From Ranitomeya imitator (taxonomy: Eukaryota): a stretch of DNA of 64,000 bases. The notes beneath the pieces were generated by a model that was not told where the DNA came from, made no database searches, and saw only the letters and a program-made list of their open reading frames with translations. The position numbers and the translations under genes were made by a program. The DNA is taken from positions 305,164,001-305,228,000 of the forward strand of contig NC_091282.1 in assembly GCF_032444005.1 (NCBI RefSeq), given 5' to 3'. Positions 11,621 through 23,600 of this stretch are shown piece by piece (position 1 is the stretch's first letter; the number at the start of each line of letters is the position of its first letter).

Positions 11621-14600
11621 ACTGGGCAGAGACATGTTGGTGATAGGAAAAATGGAAACAACGTTTTCAGAACGTCTCTACTATAGAGTATGTGCACAAG
11701 TACCCAACCTTACATGCTCTGCTGCTATTAATGGTTGTCCGAGGAATGTTCTGCCGCTCTGATGCAGTCAGGCACACAAATCATCAAAATCCACTGCTGG
11801 CAGCTCCCCGTGCAATTGTAGACCAACATCGTCCCAAACGTTGTTACCGTTGTTACCGTTGCAATTGTTACCATCCACCTCTCGTGTCTCCCCTTTTCCC
11901 CATAGTTTGTAAGCTTGCGAGCAGGGCCCTCACTCCTCCTGGTATCTGTTTTGAACTGTATTTCTGTTATGCTGTAATGTCTATTGTCTGTACAAGTCCC
12001 CTCTATAATTTGTAAAGCGCTGCGGAATATGTTGGCGCTATATAAATAAAATTATTATTATTATTATTATTAAACGTTCTCAATAAGAGACAATGTGATC
12101 CTGGAACACAAACTAGAGGGGTGCACTGACCATACATTACACCACCCCATACAGTACTCACAAGAGTATGACCGGTGTGATGTTACCTGTCAGTGGCGCT
12201 GTCCACGTGGCCTCCAGGCAAATCTCCAGCTATCATTGCTGCACTCGCCACAGAAGTAGAAATGCCACCTTTTCCGCCATCTTGCTCTGCAGCATGCTAG
12301 CCTTTGAGAATGGCAGCGTGAAGTGAATGGAACACCTGTAGCTGGACTTGTAGCCCCCAGTGTCACACAAATACCGTCTGATTGTTTGTGTAGATATTTG
12401 ATGCCTTGGTATGTGTCACCTAATTTCACGTGCTGTACAGAATAGATCACTAAGCGCCACTCTTCATAAGTGCCACTCTTCGTATCTTTCAAGACCACAT
12501 GGGCGACACCATGAAGAGGCCTTCACGATGGAGCGTCACACCGGTCCTGCTCCCGGGATTATGGTGGGGCATGAGGTACTGTAGCTGCTCACCTCTAGTC
12601 TCCGTTCCAGGTGCATTAACAGTTTGACATTACATTGATTTGGTCATGGAACCAGTGGTACGGCATTTCTCTAAAGTGTCCCAGAAGCTGTTTTTTCTCC
12701 ATGATAGTGCCCGGCCACAAGTTACTCATGTTACTGTGAGCAGCATGTGTGACCCATACGTGCTGCCATGACCTACAGAGGCTCTGGATTTGTCTTCTAT
12801 CAAGCACCTCTGGGACATCATTGTCAAAAATTAGAAAGGGAGCTGCCAGCAGCAGATCTTGGTGATTTGCATGCCCAAGTGCATTCGGCGTGGCAAAACA
12901 CTCCATAGACAACCATTAATTAACCCCCATTGATGGTATGCCAAGGCGTGTAAGTGCAGGTATTTCTACTTGGTACCAAACAAATCGAGGTATTTTGAAC
13001 ATTTTGTTTCCATTTTGTCATAATTTACATTTCATTAAGATTGATCCTGTTTTTTTCCATAATTTTTTCCTTCATGGTGTTGCAATTTAAATGTTAACCC
13101 CTTCCTGCCAAAGGAAATCGTACTACATCTCTGTTGAAGAATCCTCTGAGTCAGCTCCTTGCGCTGCTAAATTCAATAGCGGGCATCTGTGTCTAAGGGT
13201 ATGTGCAAATGGTTAGTAAACTTATGCAGCATATACGGTAACCCGCAGCAGCCAGATGTTCTATCATATGGGATGGGATTTCCACAGATGCCTGCGGCTC
13301 ACCCATAGAGACTGAGATATAGCGCGTCTCTCCAACATGTTCATTTCTCTTGCAAGAGAAATGTCACCTATACAATGTATTGGACGCCGTGATTCCACTC
13401 GGTTCAGTGAACACATGCGGATTTACCTGCGTTCAATAGACCGCAGCGCTTTGGACGCAGTGAACATGCACTGCGTCCAAAGTGCTGCCACTTCCAGATC
13501 ATCTGCTCATATCCTTACAACCGTGGTCAAAGCTAAGCTCCCACAGCTGCCGTTAACCATTTAGTTCCTGCGACATAATTTCTGGGGATCCATAGGTTAC
13601 TGTGGCAGCTGGGGATCTGCTAAAGGATGGAAAATCGCAGCATGCTCCGATTGTACGCGAATATCGTCCAAAACTCACCAATGCAAGCCTATGGGTGCGA
13701 GAAAAGGTTCGCACAGCACTCGGCACATGTGAGTGCTGTCTGATTTTTACGCACTGGTGTCCAATTCTGGCGCTTAACACAAACCTCATGATCAACTACA
13801 AAAAAGTCTGACTGCTGTGCTTGCCAACAAGGGTTTTGCCACCAAGTATTAAGTCTTGTATGTCAGAGGGATCAAATATAGTGATGAGCGAGTGTACAAA
13901 TCTCCAGGTTTGTGTTTTTAGACTTGTGTTCCCCATGAGCATCTGTTCTTTTTTGATTGTGCTATCCCCTAGTTATTAGAAATAGGAGTGAATTGACAGC
14001 TGGATGTTGCCAGTTGGGGATGTGTCGTTACACAAAGACACACACCACTGACAAGTAATGCTAGTGCTAGTTCTAGGAGGAATAACTGAGGAATAGCACA
14101 GCTCAGAGGTCTAAGAATAGAGGATGCATTCAGTGTCTACAAGTCAGAAAATGAAAAGGTGTTGATTGGCCCCCAAATGTGAATAATTTTAAAAAGTTTG
14201 TGATCACCACAGAGCTAAAGAGGTCGTCCACTACTTTATCATTGATGACCTATCTGTAGGATACGTCATCAATGTCTGATTGGTCACGGTCTGACTGCTC
14301 CGCCAATCATCTGACCTCTGTCAGCGGCGGCCGCCTTCCGGAAATACTTAAATGAGGAGCTGCTCCGGCTTTTGATAGTGGCTGCGACAGGGCAATGTGC
14401 AGTACCCAGTCTCAGCCATTATCCCATGACGGAGCAGCTCTGCAGTTAGAGCATTTGCTGTCGCGGACACAGAAAAACTGATCAGCGGGGCTATCGGGTG
14501 TGGGACCCCAACCAATCAGACATTGATGACCTATCCTAAGGATAGGTCATCAATGATAAAGTAGTGGTCAACCTCTTTAATTCCTTGGTGATCATTCACT

Positions 14601-17600
14601 TCTTATTCATTTGTTTTTAATTTTATTAAGACAGTCTACAAAATTATGCAGATTTTGGGGCCAATCAACACCTTTTCCTTTTCTGACTTGTAGACAATTT
14701 AAAATGCATTCAGTAGCCAACAGTAGATCTTTAGAAAAGGATAGGTCATCAGTGATCAAGTGGTGGACAAGCTGTTTAATAAAGTGTACTACAGCTAGCA
14801 TTGCTTATAGAAAAGAATGTTTCTAACTTAGGACAGCAGATGGCGCATCATAGAGTAGCACGTGTAGGTATATAGGGCTGCAGATTCCTCCCACGTCCTA
14901 CAGCGGTCTGCATGAGGCCTAAACCTAACTGTATTGTCATGTACTGTATGTCTTTTTTCATGTTCATTGGAAAACGGGCACCGTAAACCAATAAAAAAGC
15001 ACCTGTTGCCCTACGGCAAAGGTGGTGGATGTTTGGTATCACAAAAAAATAGTGATGCCATTATTTTTGCAATGTTTTCAGAAAAAAATGCTTTTTCTTA
15101 TAAAAGCTATCCTTCACTCTAGGACAAGAATTAAAGGAAAAAAGCATTTATGTAAAAACAAAAGGACTACTATAGTACATATATACACATTCATTGCACT
15201 CCTGGGCATATACTGCATATTTATCATCTTACAGGTCCAGTGAAGAAAACAGTACTGCATCCAGAAAATTCTGCGTTTCTTGTTGTTCCAAGCTTACGGT
15301 ATGTATATTTAAAGTTGTTGTCCACTACTCAGACATCCCTATCTCAGTCAGCAGGTTTACATGAGTAAAACACTCCCCTCTGGTGCCGGTACTCGCTCTC
15401 CCAGGGCTCGTGTGAGATTATGTCACGTGAGCCCTGAGCCCAATCAGCGCTGGTGTCACTCTCCCCATCAGTAATCAAGATGAAGTGAGCTGCGACTCGC
15501 CACTCGCGTCCTCTTGATGTTTGATACATCTGAAGGTGGGGAGAGTGACACCAGCGCTGATTGGGCTCAGGGCTCACGTGACATAATCTCACACGAGCCC
15601 TGGGAGAGGTGAGTGTTTTACTCATGCAAACCTGCTGACTGAGATGGGGTTGTCTGAGTAGTGGACAGCCCTTTTAATGATCATGACCAGATTCTGTATC
15701 TTTTGCTGAAGCCATCTGAACACTTTGTTGTTTTGTAGGGGTCGACCCAACAGCCACGAACATGATGGGAATGAACTACAGACTACCCCTGAATTCCGCT
15801 CACATGTCGCCAAGAAGCTTGCAGCCATGCTGGACAGGTAATCGGAGGATCTTTGTACATGAGTACTGGGTAATTTCTGCTTTATTACTGTTATAGATAA
15901 CTGACTTGTGTTATTCAGCTGCATCAAAGAAATTCCTGGAAATAACAGCGTCAATCAGGAGTTTACAGCCACATCAGACTCTGAAGACGAAGGTAAATAA
16001 CCAGATGACACAGATCTTGATACAGGTTACACATTCTTAAAGGGAACCTTCCACTTTATTCATCCTGCCTAAATCAGAGAAATTCCAGCTATTTTACCCC
16101 CTAAGCTGGGGTTGATTTTATAGTGGTTGTCTATTTTCTGTCATGTCAAATTAAGTTGCTTTCAGGGAATAAGCTCATGTCCCCCCTTTTTTGAATGTAG
16201 AAATCCACATCTGCAGGTAGTAGCTATGGATATTAGATGTGCCGTGTTTCTTTGGCCAGATCACATTTTACAGAAGGTGTCGGCCATTCTGAACTGTGTG
16301 CAGGATGCTGGAGTGCCTATATGCTGCATTTCAGTTCACAGGTGGTGTGATAACTCCAGTCCAATGCACCATTCATAGATGTGGGAGTAATCTCACATCA
16401 TGAGCTGTAAGCTGCCCGGAGATGGGTCTGAGACAGCATCAGAATACACTGTACCGCTAAGACCATGTGTGAGTCAGCCTTGACAGACACAGCAATGACC
16501 CAAGACATTATTACTAGTTACTCGGACCTGTCAGTTCAGATGATATTGCCGTAAAAAAGTTAAATGTTTTTCACGTTTTAATATAAATAAAAGGGATCTT
16601 GTCCGCTTCCCTACACCTGGCAAGCAGCCACCATAACTTTAAATCAGCCTGTCCTCTGATTTTATTATCTTACTCACGTATATAGCGCTATTAATTTCCA
16701 CAGCACTTTACAGACGTCATCATCGATGTCCCAATTAGAGCTCACAATCTAGATTCCCTATCGGTTTGTCTTTGGAGTGTGGGAGGAAACTAGAGAACCT
16801 GAAGGAAACCCACACAAACACGGGGAGAACATACAAACTCCTTGCAGATGTTGTCCTTGGTGGGAATTGAGCCCAGGACTCCAGCGCTGCAAAGAAACAA
16901 CTCTAACCATTGAGCCACCATGCTGCCCATGGATTACAGCAGTCATTTATGTGCCTTATAAAAGTTACTATTTTCTTGTGAATTGAGATACTGATTTGGC
17001 TCTTTTCTTATTATTGCAAGACTCGTTAAAGGGTTGATTGTGACTTGTAGGATCGCTACTTCCAACAGGTGGCGCTATAGAGTTCACGTCCTCTTTTTCT
17101 CTGAAGAGGCAATTAGCATATTGTTTTTTAAATTAAGTTTTACGCTTTGTGTTATGCAAATTAGGCAGGGCTTGTTTCCCCAAACTGATCTGGCCTCAGG
17201 TCATATAGTCGCTCTAGGCGTGTCAGCATCCACCAAACAGGCAATATAATCATTGGGTCTTTGCAAACCTTGGCCATCCAGCAATGTTCTGCATGTTTAG
17301 GCATGTATAATGACACCGGGTATACATCCAGGAAGGCGTTAATGGCTCCTCCGTGTCTGCTTGCAAAGGAAAGGGCAGCATAAAAGCCTCCTTGGACTTA
17401 CACCGCTGATGAAGCCAGAGAACGCACACTCAGTTTTATTATGCATGCCCTGGAAGGTAGAATATCATGAATTTGCCTAGACCCTATGATGACAACATTT
17501 GTGTGCTGGCTATCGATCACGCCCAGGAGGGCTTTAATCCAAGAACAGACTAGTCTGGAGGAATTAATTTCCTGCCGGTCAAGAAAAAGAAACCATTATA

Positions 17601-20600
17601 TGACACATAAATAACTTTATTCTAATTGGATTATTTAACTTTATGGTGGTGGGTTTTGGAGAATAGGGCACCTTGTATGTCTCTTTTACATGGTCCTTTT
17701 TACTGTACAATCTTCCAGTCCAGCTAGGGTCTGCCTTAGCTCCAAGTGTCTTCATGATCTAAACTTTATCTCTACCCAGCTAGTCTTACTGACAAACTGC
17801 AGGTTGCACTAAGCAGAGTGAGAGTTAACTGCAACACGGCATCGTTTTATTATTTTTTTTAAAGGGAACCTGTCAACCCGAAAATCGCGGGTGAGGTAAG
17901 CCCACCGGCATCAGGGGCTTATCTGCAGCATTCTGTAATGCTGTAGATAAGCCCCCGATGTTACCTGAAAGAGGAGAAAAAGACGTTATATTATACTCAC
18001 CCAGGGGCGGTCCCGCTGCTGGTCAGGTCGGATGGGCGTCTCTGGTCTGCTGCGGCGCCTCCTATCTTCATTACAAGACGTCCTCTTCTGATCTTCAGCC
18101 ACGGCTCCGGCGCAGGCGTACTTTGCTCTGCCCTCTTGAGGGCAGACAAATTACTGCAGTGCGCAGGCGCCGGAAAGGTCAGAGGCCCGGCACCTGCGCA
18201 CTGCAGTACTTTGTCTGCCCTCAACAGGGCAGAGCAAAGTACGCCTGCGCAGGAGCCGTGGCTGAAGATCAGAAGAGGACGTCTTGTAATGAAGATGGGA
18301 GGCGCCGCAGCGGACCAGAGACGCCCATCCGACCGGACCAGCAGCGGGACCGCCCCTGGATGAGTATAATATAACGTCTTTTTCTCCTCTTTCAGGTAAC
18401 ATCGGGGGCTTATCTACAGCATTACAGAATGCTGTAGATAAGCCCCTGATGCCGGTGGGCTTACCTCACCCGCGATTTTCAGGGTGACAGGTTCCCTTTA
18501 AATTGACATACAGATTTTTTTCTTCACAAAGTATCCGAAAAATGCAGAATGCTATCTAAAGGCTTCTGAGATGTCGTCCTGTGAGCCTGCAGACACCCAG
18601 TTGTATACCTTCTTGTTCAGGCTCAGTGGTTAGCACAGCAGCCTTGCAGTGCTGGAGTCCTGGGTTCAAATCCCACCAAGGACAACATCTGCAAGGAGTT
18701 TGTATGTTCTCTCCATGTTTGCGTGGGTTTCCTCCGGGTTCTCCGGTTTCCTCCCATATTCCAAAGACATACTGATAGGGAATTTAGATTGTGAGCCCCA
18801 ACGGGGACAGCAATGATAATGTGTGCAAACAGTAAAGCGCTGCGGAATATGTTAGCGCTATATAAAAATAAAGATTATTATTATGTACCCATCTATTATC
18901 AATAATCCCATCCATCACTGATGGTAGAGGAGTGTAATATATAGGTAATGAGATGCGTGTAGTGTGCTGCACACGGGGTTGAACTATGAAGCTCTGCATT
19001 TCCAAGGATTAATTTCCTTTGCTCCTCACCTCCACGTGTACTGTCGCCCCAGTTTTCACCAGGGACCACTGTCCAGCTTTGGTTGAAGCCCTGCGCTTCT
19101 AGTGGGGACGTTTTCTAAGGGCAGTGGACTCTAGTGACAAACAACATGCAGAGTAAAGACAGTGACAAAGACAAATAAATAGGGATCATACATATGACCC
19201 AGACATCTGACTGGAACTGCTCAAATACATAAGAGATAAACATATGTGAACATTATTACATATACACAATCTGGGGGCGTCTTAAATACTGCTCTGGAAT
19301 ATTTATGTATTATTTTGTCTGGGGACTAATGGAGGGACATATATAGGTGTCCCTGCTTTCTTTGGCACATTTGGTCTGGGCCGCGTTATATATATTCTGC
19401 TATATGGCAGCATCTAAGCGTGTTGTTTCCTTTCAGTATATGCAGGGATATTATTGCCTCTGCATCTGCGCAGTCTTGCCCTGCTTGTTGGGCAATTTGA
19501 TCATGCGCACTAAATCTATCAGACCTTTGAGGAGGAGACACCGTAATGAGCTGTTACACTTCCTGGATAATTATATCCCTATTAGTGGAACGCAACTTGC
19601 GGTGCACCACCGCTGTTGGCACCTGCGCAGTAAAGCTAGTCTCCAGGACATGCGCACTCGCTCCATTTGAATGTGGCTCCGGACGTGCACCGGAAATAGT
19701 TTGTGCACTTCCGGGCTAATCGCACTTATACCTGAAGCGCGCTCCCAGCTCCACTACTTCCGGACCGCGTGCAGCGTCTGTACTTCTCGCTGCCCACGCC
19801 TATCATTGGCATCCCCTGATGAGCCCCGCAGGATCTCCTCCGGGGTGAAACGCGTCGGGATGAGACATTGTCTCTTAAGATAAGTGTATCGCTTATGTAC
19901 ACAGATGCTGTTATGCTGGCGGTCTATTATGATTTTTTTCACCTGTTTTTTGCTGCATTACATTAATCATGCAGCATCATTGTGTCATTCCCCCTGATTA
20001 TACATATTAATGTTTTGGGGGTTTGCCTGCATTGATAGTGATGCGATTGGCACAGGTGTTTTGTGACAGCCTCTGGTGATGCTTGTGCATATGCGATGAT
20101 CCTAATAACATCTTTTTGGCAGTGACGCTATGTATGGATCAGTTCACTGAGGGCTCTGTTCTGGCAATGATGCCAATATCCGTTGATACTTACAGATCAT
20201 CATATCTCTGGCGATGATGCCCTCACATATATCTGAATAGACTGACTTTTTTCTGGCGTTGATATCACTGTATATTATATTTGGATCATGATACGCTTTG
20301 GCGACGATGCCCTCGCATATGCTATGACTCTGTTTTATTTTTTCTGGTGGTGATGCCATCAAGCTTTGATCAGCTTACTATTTATGCTCTATTTTTGAGA
20401 CATGATGCACTTATAAATATTCATATAATGGAATAAACTGATTATTTGTCTAGCGCCGATGCCAGTGTGCACCAAAAAGGGACTGAACATTGTCCATCAT
20501 TTACGTTCAGATGTTTGAATGAATTTATCTTTTTCTGGCGCTGATGCCACTGTGCACTATAAGGGATTGACCTAAATATCATTAATAGCCATGTCCCTAT

Positions 20601-23600
20601 ATATATATTTTGTCTGGCATCGACACCATAAGATGTATCAAGACTCTTCTGTTTACTAATAGGTGACTACTTGAGAATTTTTTCTTATACTCCACCTGTA
20701 TCTACCTCTGAGAAGAGTAAAGTGTGTTATCAAACATTGTTTATACCTTATCTTTGTAAATCACTTTATCTTCTAGTGATTCACATTAGTAAGAGTCTTG
20801 GTAACCTCTTAGGGTACCGTCACACAGTGGCATTTTGATCGCTACGACGGCACGATTCGTGACGTTCCAGCGATATATCCGTGACGTTCCAGCGATCTCG
20901 CAGTGTCTGACACGCTCCTGCGATCAGGGACCCCGCTGAGAATCGTACGTCGTAGCAGATCGTTTGAAACTTTCTTTCGTCGTCTAGTGTCCCGCTGTGG
21001 CGGCATGATCGCATGGTGTAACAAAGGTGTGCACGATATTGTATACGATGTGCGCATAGTAACCAACGGCTTCTACATCGCACATACGTCATGAAATTAT
21101 CGCTCCAGCGTCGTACATTGCAAAGTGTGACAGCAGTCTACGACGCTGGAGCGATATTGTTACGACGCTGGAGTGTCACGAATCGTGCCGTCGTAGCGAT
21201 CAAAATGCCACTGTGTGACGGTACCCTTAGAGTTTATTATAATAAGCTCACCATCACTATCAGCAGTCAGTACTAGCGACAGCATTTTAGTGTACATATA
21301 CACTTTTTTCTGTTTTTTTTGTGGTGTTTGTTTGGGTGGTGGCTTGTGGTAGGGATACCTACTAGGGTTATCAGGGTCAGTCGACGTTGAGCGGGGGCGC
21401 CATTTCGTATCCCAGGGTGCCAACCTCCGCGGCAAGGAAGGATACAGCTTAGGGTGAGGCACCACTATCATCCCTAATCCTTTCCTTATTATCATATATA
21501 TTTTTTCTTGCTCTATTATTTTTTATGAGCTTATCCTGACCCTAGGATCCCTACTTTTTGTCTATAGGTTATAAGTGGTTCTTTATTTATATTTTATTTT
21601 TATTTATTTATAATAAAAATATATTTTTTAGGTCTTTTTTGTATTTTTTGTTTTTTTCTAGCTGAATAGACCTTGGTCATTTGTTTTGGGTGTTGTTCAA
21701 ATACATAAGAGGGCTGCGCAAGTGTGCCATCAATTACTTTTTTTTTTTTTTTACTTGTTATACTTTTATGTTTAAGGTTTTCGTCTGTTAACTACATCTG
21801 TTCCTGGAGATTCTGGGAAAATATTACCTTCTCCAACTTTAAAGCGCAGAGTGGCATCTTCTACCAGGTATACTATGGGTTGGAAATTGTATTTATTGCA
21901 TTAGCATGCAGACTGCACTTCAGAAGCAGCTACATGGCAGCATTACATTAGGCTAGCTTCACACTAGCGTTCGGCAGGGCTGCGGATGGCGGCCTTCGTC
22001 CTCCATTAAGCCCCGCCCACTGCCGTGCCTCTTCCTTCAGCTCCGCCTATGTCTGCATGCGTCCTGCGTACCCTATCTTCAACATCATTTTGACGCTACG
22101 CTGACCGCAACAAAATGAAACATGTTGCGTTCGACTCAGCGCAGTGTCAAAACGACGCATGCGGAGACATCAACATACATCCACATGGCCTGCATACTCA
22201 ATGTTAAAGATAGAGGACGCATGCAGCTGTAGGCGGAGCTGAAGGAAGAGGTGCCGCAGTGGGCGGGGCTTAACAGGAAGAAGGCTATCATCCGCAGCCC
22301 TGCTGAAAGCAAGTCTGAAACCAGCCTTAGAAGAAGACTTTACGCTTTTAACAATCTCTCTCCAAGTACAGACTATAGAGTTAATATGTGGCAGCCTGTA
22401 TTCAGCTTGCGCTCAGATTGCTATGAAACTGTTTAGTTCCTGTATGAATTGGGGCAATTAATGCTCCTCTTATATTAGCCATGTTATACTTTAATAACAT
22501 GTTCATGATTGAACTAATCCTTCTAAAAGCTAAATGCTTGCACATATCTATATTAAGGATATAGCAGTATGTGGTGTTTAACCTGTTCTTGCTCCCTTAC
22601 ATTTTTGAAGAAAATGAGTAAAACTAGTCCGGTGTTGGTTGTCACGACCAGTAAAGGCTGTTTCCTAAAATAGGACATCAAAGGATCTTTAACACCCCTT
22701 CATGACATGTGACAGAATGGTAGGTGTTGTGTTAGCTCATACACAATGATGCTGGCAGATAATGGCTGTGTTACACAGTCAGGATCTGCACCTAACAGCA
22801 TTGCTGTTAACTACATAAATGCTGCTGTCAGTCTCTGACTGTAGCATCTTAAAGCGCACGGAGCATAGGGTGCGGCATTCCATGATATCCATGAGAGCAG
22901 GGGGTCCGCTGAAGACTCCTGTGTCTTTCAGAACAGTGGTCCTTTGGCTGGGCCTTACAGAAGACTGTGATTTTTGCCATATACTTCAATGCTGTAGTAA
23001 TTGCAGTATAAACCATTCAATAATCGCAAGTTCAAATCTTGTAAGGAGACTACCAAATAAAGTAAAAAAAAAAAAAAAATGTTTGCATATGTGTATAATA
23101 TATACCTAATAAAAAAATAATATATCTGCGCTGGATATAATTCCCTTTTTGTTTATATAAAGCAGTGTTCAGGAGAGAAGTCTCTATTATTACGGTTATC
23201 GGCTAATTCTAATTAGTGTCTAATTAAGCCTTTGGCTTTTTGGTCCACTGCGCTTTCCATAGCCAGTCACGTGTGCGGAACACGTGACTGGGGCGTCACG
23301 CTAGGTCCTGCACTGTCAGGAGACCGAGCGGCTAATATCTACAGCGCGCATTCACCCCACGCTACTGACTGTAAGTGACGGCTGTGGTTGTGCACTGCCA
23401 CCTGCCGGGGCAACGCTCACCACCCGTTCAAGCTCCAAACAGACTCATTTGGACATGCAGATGTGAGGATCATAACTACAGGCACAAAGGAGTGGAGGAA
23501 CAAATCGGACGACAGGAGGTAACGTCCTCTCCAGTAAATACCTCAAAGACTTTAACTGACAATATATTTATATATTGGATCATTTATGGGCTTTTATATA

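Noticed and set aside
17400-17435. CTGATGAAGCC as a second hammerhead
   Set aside because: No GAAA-stem III-UH and no stem I pairing.
17036-17836. Possible solo LTR (also ~7900-8168 ending TGTAACA)
   Set aside because: LTR-like ends but no TSD or second copy found, so not listed.
18620-18690. tRNA gene
   Set aside because: A/B boxes belong to a SINE head; no cloverleaf.
21380-21480. HDV-like ribozyme suggested by GCC-AACCTCCGC-GGC and GTATCC/GGATAC stems
   Set aside because: Could not build P1/P1.1/P2 or a J4/2 catalytic C; only nested hairpins are supported.
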